IMG/VR virus record: IMGVR_UViG_3300036770_003163
Span: 1 to 24,594 of that record
Source of the DNA: a virus
Taxonomy: Duplodnaviria; Caudoviricetes
DNA: 24,594 bases
Strand: one strand, 5' to 3'
A program made the position numbers and the translations under genes. Numbering within the stretch: position 1 is the stretch's first letter; each line of letters opens with the position of its first letter. The notes under the pieces were generated by a model that had not been told where the DNA came from, did no database searches, and was given only the letters and a program-made list of their open reading frames with translations. Positions 8,292 to 17,287 of the stretch are shown in pieces.

Positions 8292-9034
8292 ACCTAGAGA
8301 ATAAAAACAGAATAACTAAAGATATTGTTGTTTATGAGAACTTTATTGATGCAGAAACTTCTGCAAAACTTATAAAGGTTTTAGATAAGCATGCCGAACT
8401 GGGCACGATTAACTGGATGCCAATCTCTTTTTATGAATCATATTCGTCTGTATTGCCACAGGACAATGACGAGCATGTTGTTAATGAGGGATTGCCAAGT
8501 GATATTTTTTCACAAATGAAAAATGGTATTATTGAAGCAGTTGCAAGCGTTCATGACCTTGATCCTAAAATAATTTCTCAAATTGGATACCACACGCAAA
8601 AATGGGAGCCAGGAGCATATGCAAGAAAGCACTCTGATAATACGGATGAGCACGGACATTCTGGTGCTTTTACTAGAAGTAGATATGCTGCATTTTTATA
8701 TTTAAATGATAATTTTGAGGGCGGACTATTGCAATTCCCAGACCAAGATATAACAATTGAGCCTAAAGTTGGAATGCTTGCTGCATTTGACGGGGGATTT
8801 AATAATATGCACGAAGTAACCCTTATAACAAAAGGAGTAAGATACACTATTGGATCTTTCTGGGATGATCGTGAAGAAGATGCATACCCACAAGAACTAA
8901 GAGATGCTTGGGCAGCAGAAATGAAGGAAACTAGAGCCAAGCAAGAAATTGAAAGAGCGGAATGGCAAGAGTTGCTAAAACAAGGTTGGAAACTTGATGC
9001 TGACGGAAATAAGTATAAAGTTGAGGAACTATAG
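8288..9034 (+). CDS. 2OG-Fe(II) dioxygenase, prolyl-4-hydroxylase-like (#5)
   Basis: HxD (KHSDN), YLNDNFEGGLLQF, MHEVTLITKGVRY. GTGA overlap. Confidence 0.9.
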   Translation: MNLENKNRITKDIVVYENFIDAETSAKLIKVLDKHAELGTINWMPISFYESYSSVLPQDNDEHVVNEGLPSDIFSQMKNGIIEAVASVHDLDPKIISQIGYHTQKWEPGAYARKHSDNTDEHGHSGAFTRSRYAAFLYLNDNFEGGLLQFPDQDITIEPKVGMLAAFDGGFNNMHEVTLITKGVRYTIGSFWDDREEDAYPQELRDAWAAEMKETRAKQEIERAEWQELLKQGWKLDADGNKYKVEEL

Positions 9035-9697
9035 ATGGAAGTATTTTTAAAAAAAGAATTTGAAGATGCTGGTTATGATGTTGAGGTTTTTCATGAACAT
9101 GTTTTGTTTGTAAAAGACTTCTTGAAACCAGAAGAACTTGATACTCTTTTAAAAATAATCGAAACTACTCCCAATGAAGATTGGTCAATAGAGTATACAA
9201 AGAATCTTGCTAGATTTTGTATGGAAAAGTTTGGAAGAGATGATGTAGAAAACCTTGTTGCAGAAGGAAAGTTTGAAATTACCCAGGGATGGGAAGACAA
9301 AAACTTAAACATTACAACTGAGCAAATAAGTATAACTCTTCAGGGAAGGCTAGGAAGACTTTTAGAATTGGCAGATCCGTCTCTAGAACTTGCTGGGTTT
9401 GGAACTCTTCAAAGGATGCAGCCTGGGGTTGAATTAAAGTCTCATACAGATCAGCACACAGATCCGTCAATTAAATATGCTGCTATACTATATATTAATG
9501 ACGACTATAAGGATGGAACTTTATTCTTTAAAAATAAAGAAAATTCAGACTTAAGGCCAAAACCAGGAACCTTGCTCATTTTTCCAGGTAACGAAGAATA
9601 TGAGCATGGCGTAAGGCATGTAGGAGAAGGTCCTATAAGATATGTTACAGTAGGCTTTATGAAGGTAACAGGGTTTTATGATCAAAATAAGTACTAA
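9035..9697 (+). CDS. 2OG-Fe(II) dioxygenase, prolyl-4-hydroxylase-like (#6)
   Basis: HxD (SHTDQ), YINDDYKDGTLFF, EHGVRHVGEGPIRY. ATG directly follows the previous TAG. Confidence 0.9.
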   Translation: MEVFLKKEFEDAGYDVEVFHEHVLFVKDFLKPEELDTLLKIIETTPNEDWSIEYTKNLARFCMEKFGRDDVENLVAEGKFEITQGWEDKNLNITTEQISITLQGRLGRLLELADPSLELAGFGTLQRMQPGVELKSHTDQHTDPSIKYAAILYINDDYKDGTLFFKNKENSDLRPKPGTLLIFPGNEEYEHGVRHVGEGPIRYVTVGFMKVTGFYDQNKY

Positions 9698-9708
9698 GGA
9701 GATATGAT

Positions 9709-10338
9709 ATGGAAAGAGAAATACTAGAGGAAAAGGTTTACTATTACACAAATGTAATTGAAGACCCCAAGAAACTTGTTGACGCAATTGAAAATGACAA
9801 TAAGGATCCCTGGGGCGAGTGGATGGCATGCAGCGGTCAGCATTACGTTTATGGAACAGACAAGACAATTGCACTAACATCAGACTCTGACGAAAAAAAC
9901 AAATACATTTATGATACTTTAAAGAATGCGTTTGATGTAGTTGCAAGAGACTACGCTAAGGCACAAGGTATTACAGAAGAACCAAAACTATTTCCACAGT
10001 ATCCAATCAAGAAGTATCAGCCAGGAACATTTATGGGCGCTCACTTTGATCAACAAGAGGGTGACGAAAGACTAAAAGTTTCTTTTGTTATGTATCTTAA
10101 TGATGATTATGAGGGCGGAGAGATTTCTTTTACTATCGCCTCTCCAGAGGGAGTTTTGAGTCAGCCTAGCCCAGAGCCAGATTTTGCAGATGCCGAAGGC
10201 CACGGAGCATATAATTTTTATGTTAAGCCTAAAGCAGGAAGTATTATTGTGTTCCCACCATCTCCACCATATCATCACACCGCCCACTTGGTTAAGAGTG
10301 GCGAAAAGATTATGGTTCCTCAACACTGGATTCATTAA
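9709..10338 (+). CDS. 2OG-Fe(II) dioxygenase, prolyl-4-hydroxylase-like (#7)
   Basis: HxD (AHFDQ), YLNDDYEGGEISF, HHTAHLVKSGEK. SD AAGGAG. Confidence 0.9.
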   Translation: MEREILEEKVYYYTNVIEDPKKLVDAIENDNKDPWGEWMACSGQHYVYGTDKTIALTSDSDEKNKYIYDTLKNAFDVVARDYAKAQGITEEPKLFPQYPIKKYQPGTFMGAHFDQQEGDERLKVSFVMYLNDDYEGGEISFTIASPEGVLSQPSPEPDFADAEGHGAYNFYVKPKAGSIIVFPPSPPYHHTAHLVKSGEKIMVPQHWIH

Positions 10339-10340
10339 TA

Positions 10341-11003
10341 TTGAAAACAGCAATTGTTACTGGAGCAAGCAAGGGTGTAGGCTATGCAACTGTAAAACTT
10401 TTATCTGAAAGCGGATATAAGGTTATTGCGGTTTCAAGAGATTTGTCTAAAGTATCAGAACTAGTTTCTGATAATGTAGAGGTTTATAGGTTAGATATTA
10501 CAAGTTCGGAAGAAATTAAAAAGTTTTACGAAAAATACAAAGAAATAACTTTAGATCTGCTAGTTAATAATGCTGGTGGTGGTGCTGGACCAACAAGCAT
10601 AATTAACGAAACAATGGATAATTTTAGAAGGGCCTACGACATCAATGTTTCTGGTCCAATGTATTTATCACAACTTTTTGTTCCTTGTATGAAGAAGTCA
10701 GGCTCTCCAACTATAATTTTTATAAGTTCTTTAGGTGGCAAATACGCATATAGATCTGGTGGTAACTACACCAATGCAAAAAGAGGTATGATGGCATTGG
10801 TAGACACAATGAGACTAGAGTTTCCAGAGTATGGAATTAAAGTAACAGAAATTTGTCCAGGAACAATTGACACTCAGCAAGAAAAAAGAGAAATAGCAAT
10901 AACTGCAGAAGATATGGCAGAGTGTATTAGATGGGTTTCAGAACTTCCCAAGCATGTAAACATAAACCATATTGAGTTAAACCATATTCTTAGTGGCAAA
11001 TAA
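10341..11003 (+). CDS. Short-chain dehydrogenase/reductase, YdfG-like (probably NADP-dependent)
   Basis: TGASKGVG Rossmann motif, basic SR after beta-2, NNAG, catalytic S..YTNAK, PG, and C-terminal LPKHVNINHIEL as in the YdfG family. Confidence 0.88.
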   Translation: MKTAIVTGASKGVGYATVKLLSESGYKVIAVSRDLSKVSELVSDNVEVYRLDITSSEEIKKFYEKYKEITLDLLVNNAGGGAGPTSIINETMDNFRRAYDINVSGPMYLSQLFVPCMKKSGSPTIIFISSLGGKYAYRSGGNYTNAKRGMMALVDTMRLEFPEYGIKVTEICPGTIDTQQEKREIAITAEDMAECIRWVSELPKHVNINHIELNHILSGK

Positions 11004-11031
11004 TTTACAACTATAAACTTTAACTTTAGGG

Positions 11032-11060
11032 GTAGAGTTTTACTTTTTGCAAAACTCTGC
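11032..11060. other. Inverted repeat GTAGAGTTTT-n9-AAAACTCTGC (terminator or operator)
   Basis: 10-bp stem with one G-U/mismatch between the SDR gene and nrdJ. The right arm overlaps the TG of the next extended -10. Confidence 0.55.
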
Positions 11061-11066
11061 TATAAT
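11058..11066 (+). promoter_or_regulatory. Extended -10 promoter element TGCTATAAT for nrdJ
   Basis: Perfect TGnTATAAT upstream of SD AAAGGA and ATG 11105. Confidence 0.7.
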
Positions 11067-11104
11067 TAACACTTATTCCGTTTTTGAAAGGACGATTAAA
11101 TATT

Positions 11105-13138
11105 ATGTCAGATTTTTTTAGTTTTAGGCTTCCAGAAGATTTTATAGAAAAGTATAAGGGTGCAGAAAGTCCATTTGGATTTAAAGATGCAGCAGAAAAC
11201 TCACTTGGAGAAATTACCTTTATTCGTACTTATTCTAGAATGAAAGAAGACGGAACTAAAGAGCGCTGGCACGAAGTTTGCCGTCGTGTAATCGAAGGTA
11301 TGTATTCAGTACAGAAGAATCATGCAAAAGAAAACCGTTTGCCATGGAATGATTATAAGGCTCAAAAGTCTGCACAAGAAGCATTTGATAGAATGTTCAA
11401 TTTGAAATGGACTCCGCCAGGACGAGGCATGTGGGCATTTGGAACTCCAATGACTATGGAGAAAAAGAACTCAGCAGCACTACAAAACTGTGCAATGGTA
11501 TCTACTAAAGATCTTGATAAGAATGACCCAGGATCACTATTTGCTTGGGTTATGGATGCGCTGATGCTTGGTATTGGTGTTGGGTTTGACACTGTTGGTC
11601 AAGAAAAGAATTTTCTTATTTATGCTCCAACAGAACCAGAACAGATATATGAAATCCCAGACACTCGTGAAGGCTGGGTAGAATCAGTGAGAGTTTTAAT
11701 AAACTCATATCTAAGACCAAACCAAAACATCCAGAAGTTTAACTATGATCTGATTAGGCCCCTAGGAGCCCCTATAAAGGGCTTTGGAGGCGTTGCGTCT
11801 GGACCTGCACCTCTTATGAGGCTGCATGAGCAAATAGACCGTGTAATAGGCTCTAGGGCTGGAGAAACACTAGATTCTCGTGCCATTGTAGACCTCGTAA
11901 ATTTAATAGGAACATGCGTTGTCTCTGGAAATGTGAGACGATCTGCGACACTGGCTTTAGGTAGTGCTGGAGATGAAGCGTTTATGAATTTGAAAAACTC
12001 TGAGGTTTTTCCAGAGCGCAACTCGTTTGATCCAGAAAATCCAGGGTGGGCCTGGATGTCAAATAACTCTATCTCAGCAGAGGTAGGAACAAAGTACGAA
12101 GACTATGTAGATTTAATTACAGAAAACGGAGAACCAGGTTTTATATGGCTTGACGTTGCTCGTAATTATGGACGACTGAAGGATGCGCCAGACGGTAAGG
12201 ATTATCGTGTGATGGGATTCAACCCATGTGCGGAGCAGCCATTAGAATCGTACGAATTATGTACACTTGTAGAGGTGCACTTGAATCGTCATGAATCTAA
12301 GGAGGACTTCCTGCGTACCCTGAAGTTTGCATATCTTTATGGAAAGACTGTAACACTTGTTCCAACTCATTGGCAACAAACAAATGGAATCATGCAGCGC
12401 AACCGTCGCATTGGCACATCTCTTACAGGAATTGCATCGTTTGCAGATCAAAAAGGTTTGCCAACAGTTCGTGAATGGATGGATGAGGGCTATACAACTA
12501 TTCGTAAATACGATCATTCATATTCTGAGTGGCTATGTGTTCGTGAATCAATTCGTGTGACAACAGTTAAGCCATCAGGCTCTGTATCAATTCTTTCTGG
12601 TGCAACTCCTGGAGTTCACTGGGGGCCTGGAGGAAACTTCTTCCTTCGTGCAGTTCGATTTGGAAATACAGATCCAATGATGCACTTGTTCAAAGCAGCA
12701 GGATACACAATTGAAGATGACGTAGTGTCAGCAAATACATCAGTGGTATATTTCCCAATCAAGTCAGGTCATCCACGATCTGAAAAGGATGTAACACTAT
12801 TTGAGAAGATTGCTCTTGCTGCAACTGCTCAAAAGTATTGGTCTGACAATGGTGTTTCTGTAACATTGTCTTTTGATAAGGAAACAGAGTCAAAGCATGT
12901 TGTTCCAGCACTACACATGTATGAAGGACAACTAAAAGCAGTTTCATTCTTGCCAATGGGTAACACAGTTTATCCTCAGCAGCCGTATACTCAGATTACT
13001 GAAGAAGAGTATGAGTCATATATTGGTAAGTTAAAGCATATTGACTTTGGTGCTATTTACGATGGCGTAGATAATCTTGAGGCTCAGGGAGAATCTTATT
13101 GCACAACCGATTACTGCGAAATTAAAATAAATAAGTAG
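11105..13138 (+). CDS. nrdJ: Class II ribonucleotide reductase, adenosylcobalamin-dependent, monomeric (RTPR type)
   Basis: RTYSR, PPGRGMW, LQNC, NPCAEQPL thiyl-radical loop, TTVKPSGSVS, C-terminal redox pair CTTDYC. No R2 subunit gene. ATG 11105 is preferred over the track's TTG 11084 because of SD position. Confidence 0.92.
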   Translation: MSDFFSFRLPEDFIEKYKGAESPFGFKDAAENSLGEITFIRTYSRMKEDGTKERWHEVCRRVIEGMYSVQKNHAKENRLPWNDYKAQKSAQEAFDRMFNLKWTPPGRGMWAFGTPMTMEKKNSAALQNCAMVSTKDLDKNDPGSLFAWVMDALMLGIGVGFDTVGQEKNFLIYAPTEPEQIYEIPDTREGWVESVRVLINSYLRPNQNIQKFNYDLIRPLGAPIKGFGGVASGPAPLMRLHEQIDRVIGSRAGETLDSRAIVDLVNLIGTCVVSGNVRRSATLALGSAGDEAFMNLKNSEVFPERNSFDPENPGWAWMSNNSISAEVGTKYEDYVDLITENGEPGFIWLDVARNYGRLKDAPDGKDYRVMGFNPCAEQPLESYELCTLVEVHLNRHESKEDFLRTLKFAYLYGKTVTLVPTHWQQTNGIMQRNRRIGTSLTGIASFADQKGLPTVREWMDEGYTTIRKYDHSYSEWLCVRESIRVTTVKPSGSVSILSGATPGVHWGPGGNFFLRAVRFGNTDPMMHLFKAAGYTIEDDVVSANTSVVYFPIKSGHPRSEKDVTLFEKIALAATAQKYWSDNGVSVTLSFDKETESKHVVPALHMYEGQLKAVSFLPMGNTVYPQQPYTQITEEEYESYIGKLKHIDFGAIYDGVDNLEAQGESYCTTDYCEIKINK

Positions 13139-13145
13139 TCTTCTG

Positions 13146-13154
13146 TGGTAAAAT
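13146..13154 (+). promoter_or_regulatory. Extended -10 element TGGTAAAAT, near-leaderless start
   Basis: 9 nt before ATG 13164, with no SD in between. Confidence 0.6.
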
Positions 13155-13163
13155 AGACTTATT

Positions 13164-16100
13164 ATGTCTAGCCCATCAAACCTCTATGCCGAAAAGGTGT
13201 TCGCCGAGCATCCAACAGGGCTGTGGGCTCTTGATGATCAAGCAGACTATATATCTCTTATTTCAGAGTCTCAAAGAAACTTATCTAACTGGACAATAAT
13301 CGGCGGGACATACGAGGATTATACCCAATCAGTAGATGAGCCATTCATAGGTAGTTATGTTGGTAAAATAACAGCAACACCAACAAGCAGCGAGTCTGCC
13401 TCAATTACTGCTATAAGTAATGACATAATGAACCTTCAGGATCTTAATCAATATCTTAGAACATTTTCTGTTGGTGGTTATTTTTATTCTCAGAGTTCGT
13501 ATATCGCTGGTTTTGAAATAGGCTATCAATATGAGGATACAACTAGTGGACAAATGGTAACACATTTAAAAAACTATGATACTGTTATAAATAATAGTTG
13601 GGTTTTTATATCAGAAACTTTTGATACACCTCCAGATGACACAAATTTTAGATTAGTTTTTAAAATTAATTTTATTGGAGGATCAGAAACTGAAGACGCA
13701 TTTTTAGTAAATGGAATAAGCCTTGGTCAATGGTCAGAAGAATTTGCATCAACATCTTTAGGAGTTGCTGCAATTGATATACCATCAACAATTTCTATTG
13801 CTCCACAAAAAGGTGTTGTTGCAAAGTGCTACGGCCTTCAGGATCTTGACGCATACTATTTAGTTTCAGACAACATGCTTAAAGCAAAAAACTTAGGCAT
13901 TCCATTTGTTTATGGAACATCAAGCCTTACAGCGTTATACCCTAACGAAACCGATCCTTCTTTGATTATTCCTGGAGCAGGATTTTTAAATGAGTCTGGA
14001 AAATTTAGAGAATATACTTTGGAAACCTGGCTTAGAGTAAATTCTTATACAAACGAAACAAAAAGAATTATTGGACCAATTGCATCTGACGACGGTATAT
14101 ATGTTGATGGACCGTCAATAGGACTTAAGGTTAATTCTGAATATAAAACATACTATGTTGGTGAGTGGACAAGACCAATGCTAGTTCATTTAAGAGTAGG
14201 CAAAGATGTTATTTCTCTTGTTATTAACGGACAAGAAGTTATATCGATAGACTATATTAGAGAATCTTTAATAGTTCCCAATATGCTTGATAGTAATGGT
14301 AAGGATCAGGATTGGATAGGATTTTATGCACATGAAGATGTTTATCCTATAGAGATTGACTGTGTCGGTATTTATCCATATGTAGTTGCAACTGCAATGG
14401 CAAAAAGAAGATTTGTTTTTGGTCAAGGGGTTGAAATACCAGAAAACATAAATACCTCCTATAGTGGAACATCTGTTTTTGTTGATTATGCCTTTGCAGA
14501 TTACACAGCAAACTATTCATACCCCAAAATTGGTTCTTGGCAACAAGGGTTTAATGACAATACATCTATAGTAAATAAATCGTTATCTATATCGTCTGCG
14601 CCACTTCCAACAATATCTTTATCTTCAAAAACCGAAACTGAATTGCTATCAGATTGCAAACTTGCTCAAAGTTCTGATCCAATAAATTTCTTTTCATTTA
14701 GGCCTAACTCATCCTGGGACAGCGTTGCTGGATACCTTTTCTTTGAAAATTTTGATTTTATAAAAGAGCCTATATCTGCATTCTATGGTTGTTTTAGACT
14801 TCCACAATCTTCACCAACAAAACAAACGCTTTTTAGAATTGAAAAAGAAAATACCAGCAGTTATTTTGAAATAGAATTATTAAACAATCAAATATCCTAT
14901 GTGATAAATTATGATGGAGTTTCAGAAACAATATACTCTCCGTTAATTGCTGAATCACAAGAATTGATTGACATTGGACTAAACATACCAGCATTTGTCT
15001 CAAGATTTGGAAATCCAGCAGCAGATTTTTTTGGATCATTGTCAGACCTGAGATTATATGTAGGCGGTAAAAAAGATAAGACTCAAACTTTTACTGGTAA
15101 AATATATAAGATAGGTTTTTGTAGTGTTTATAATTTTCAAAAAATTAGAACTCTTTTTAATGAGTTGGGCGTTCCTGTTTGGAACGAAGACCTGTTTGCT
15201 GTTTATCAAAATAATCAATTAATAAATATTGACGGTGGAATAGATACAACATCTTTGCCACCATATGGGTCACCTACTGGAACTGCAAACGGAGCAATAA
15301 GTGGCGGTGGAGTCGTGGTACCAGACGAGGATTTTCTCATGGACCATACCGCAAGTTATACTCTTGTTCCAGATCAAATTTTTGATACATACAAACTTAC
15401 AGTTGCTGCCAATGGATATTGGGAAGACCAAATTCCATTAACATATTTTGCTGAATCTGTTTTAGATAAGAGAGGCGATCAATATTTTGATCTAGATTTT
15501 ATTCAGTTTAATATTGATTATCCAGTACCATCAAAAACAATTGCAATAGAGACTGATCCAATAGATTGGACATATGCAGATTTGGCAAACGAATATGGCT
15601 TGCCAATTCAAAGAACCTATGAGTCTTTGGATAATTATTTATTTACTGGTTATAATGATTATGAAGACTTAAAAAATAAAATAGCAAAAGATTATAGATA
15701 TGATACAGACGGTGCAATCGTAAAAACATATGTAACCTTTCAGTATACAGAATTAGGGGCAAATCAAACCCCATTCTATTTTACAAAAACAGAACGGCCA
15801 TCTAGGGATGGAATTCTTATTCCTGGATCAGATTGGATGACGACAAAATACGAAGTTGTTGACAACATGATAATTTATCCTCCAGCGGTGGTTGATTTTA
15901 ACGATCTGTCTATTGTTACTCATATTGATATAAACGTCAAAAATACTCAAGCAAACAATGTCAATATTAAAAAACTTTCTTATGCTTCTCAGGCTTTAAA
16001 CGAATCAGATGCAAGTCCAGTCGGGACTAGGTTTGGTACGCCAATGTATCCATATACAAAAACAGGAATTTACTATAACTTTAAAGCAAACAATCCATTT

Positions 16101-16880
16101 TCAATATACACTGGGTCTTCTCCATATTTATATCTTACAAAGACTAGTGGTGTTCAAATAAAAGGAAGGTATGATCCATTAATAAATCGTGGTTTATCTA
16201 TTCCAATAAATTCTAGCAGGGCAAATAATTTTAAAGCGATTGCAGCCCAGATGGCAATCAGATTTGACGGAGACTATTTCCCATATGCTCCAACACAAAT
16301 ATTTGAAATAGAAAGCAAGTCCTCCTATATAAAGTTCTACATGGTTGCTAGTGATCCTAGTGGAAGAAGAGCAAAAATATATGCAATTGATGCAAAAACT
16401 GGTTTAGTACAGAACGGAATAGGGTTTTACTGGAATGGAAAAATTGTTAAGGAGCCAGTTTTAACTTTGCAAGAGTGGGGGTTTCTGGGAATAAACTTTG
16501 CTGATAGTTTAGATTTTTCATATTTTGAGGGGGCTATAAGATTAACTGGCCCACTACTATTTAACAGCATATCTTACTACCAGTCTACAAACCTTCAAGA
16601 GGTTCAAAATATATCGGAGCGCCCATGGTTTAGAGTAAAGGTTTTGTCTGGCCTAACCCTAGACTGGGAGTTCTGGAATATAGGTTCTTTTAACTGGAAC
16701 AAGGTTCTTGTTCTAGCAGAAACAAGTTATTATGGTGTAAACCCATCAGAGGTTTATAAGAGTTATACTGGAACCAATAAGATTATTGTAGGTGATAACG
16801 CCCCCATAAGTATTGGAAATTATTCTTATACCCTATTTAACGACATATTCTGGAACAAGTTTACGGTTGATCCAGTTTAA
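13164..16880 (+). CDS. Large virion structural protein with LamG/concanavalin-A-like domains (minor tail/baseplate or receptor-binding)
   Basis: N-terminal AEHPTGLWALDD, YTLETWLR and ISLVINGQEV resemble LamG-type lectin folds. Beta-rich and aromatic-rich, and it sits among structural genes. Confidence 0.6.
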   Translation: MSSPSNLYAEKVFAEHPTGLWALDDQADYISLISESQRNLSNWTIIGGTYEDYTQSVDEPFIGSYVGKITATPTSSESASITAISNDIMNLQDLNQYLRTFSVGGYFYSQSSYIAGFEIGYQYEDTTSGQMVTHLKNYDTVINNSWVFISETFDTPPDDTNFRLVFKINFIGGSETEDAFLVNGISLGQWSEEFASTSLGVAAIDIPSTISIAPQKGVVAKCYGLQDLDAYYLVSDNMLKAKNLGIPFVYGTSSLTALYPNETDPSLIIPGAGFLNESGKFREYTLETWLRVNSYTNETKRIIGPIASDDGIYVDGPSIGLKVNSEYKTYYVGEWTRPMLVHLRVGKDVISLVINGQEVISIDYIRESLIVPNMLDSNGKDQDWIGFYAHEDVYPIEIDCVGIYPYVVATAMAKRRFVFGQGVEIPENINTSYSGTSVFVDYAFADYTANYSYPKIGSWQQGFNDNTSIVNKSLSISSAPLPTISLSSKTETELLSDCKLAQSSDPINFFSFRPNSSWDSVAGYLFFENFDFIKEPISAFYGCFRLPQSSPTKQTLFRIEKENTSSYFEIELLNNQISYVINYDGVSETIYSPLIAESQELIDIGLNIPAFVSRFGNPAADFFGSLSDLRLYVGGKKDKTQTFTGKIYKIGFCSVYNFQKIRTLFNELGVPVWNEDLFAVYQNNQLINIDGGIDTTSLPPYGSPTGTANGAISGGGVVVPDEDFLMDHTASYTLVPDQIFDTYKLTVAANGYWEDQIPLTYFAESVLDKRGDQYFDLDFIQFNIDYPVPSKTIAIETDPIDWTYADLANEYGLPIQRTYESLDNYLFTGYNDYEDLKNKIAKDYRYDTDGAIVKTYVTFQYTELGANQTPFYFTKTERPSRDGILIPGSDWMTTKYEVVDNMIIYPPAVVDFNDLSIVTHIDINVKNTQANNVNIKKLSYASQALNESDASPVGTRFGTPMYPYTKTGIYYNFKANNPFSIYTGSSPYLYLTKTSGVQIKGRYDPLINRGLSIPINSSRANNFKAIAAQMAIRFDGDYFPYAPTQIFEIESKSSYIKFYMVASDPSGRRAKIYAIDAKTGLVQNGIGFYWNGKIVKEPVLTLQEWGFLGINFADSLDFSYFEGAIRLTGPLLFNSISYYQSTNLQEVQNISERPWFRVKVLSGLTLDWEFWNIGSFNWNKVLVLAETSYYGVNPSEVYKSYTGTNKIIVGDNAPISIGNYSYTLFNDIFWNKFTVDPV

Positions 16881-16882
16881 TA

Positions 16883-16891
16883 TGGTATACT
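16883..16891 (+). promoter_or_regulatory. Extended -10 element TGGTATACT, leaderless start
   Basis: Exactly 7 nt before ATG 16899, no SD. Confidence 0.65.
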
Positions 16892-16898
16892 TGTTGTC

Positions 16899-17285
16899 AT
16901 GGATTCATTAATTAACCCAAAAACTGGTAAACCAATTGTACAAAATGTAAGGCGAAAAGTTATTGAAAAGAACTATGACTGGGGTCTTTACGTTTATAAA
17001 AAAGCAAATGGAAAGTGGTTTACAGACGGACATGGATCCGTTTTAAATATACCATCTGAAAGAGGAGATATCTCCAGAATTGCAGAACTAAAAAAGGTTG
17101 CAATGCACTACGGAGACCCTGGAGATGGAGAGGCAGTTTTTGTTCCAGGCGGAACTAGAGTTTCAGAAGAAGAGTACTCAGAGCAAGTAGATAGAATGAA
17201 GGCTGGACTAATTCCTTCTCTTAACGATCTAGGTGCAGTACAGGCTGCAAAAGATACTATTGCAAAGTACGGAGACGAGGAATAA
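16899..17285 (+). CDS. Hypothetical protein preceding portal
   Basis: Intact 128-aa ORF with its own promoter, 2 nt before the portal gene. No recognisable domain. Confidence 0.75.
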   Translation: MDSLINPKTGKPIVQNVRRKVIEKNYDWGLYVYKKANGKWFTDGHGSVLNIPSERGDISRIAELKKVAMHYGDPGDGEAVFVPGGTRVSEEEYSEQVDRMKAGLIPSLNDLGAVQAAKDTIAKYGDEE

Positions 17286-17287
17286 TA

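Noticed and set aside
3851-10338. TET/JBP or AlkB-type DNA-modifying dioxygenases
   Set aside because: The motifs (YxNxDYxGGE, H-x9-K/R-Y) fit the P4H-like clade, and no methylase or glycosyltransferase partner is adjacent. Not formally excluded without an HMM search.
11004-11104. Cobalamin riboswitch or NrdR box upstream of nrdJ
   Set aside because: The predicted leader is only ~30 nt, and no B12-box or NrdR consensus is visible.
11105-13138. Intein or intron in nrdJ
   Set aside because: The ORF is uninterrupted and of normal monomeric length, with no splice-junction or homing endonuclease motifs.
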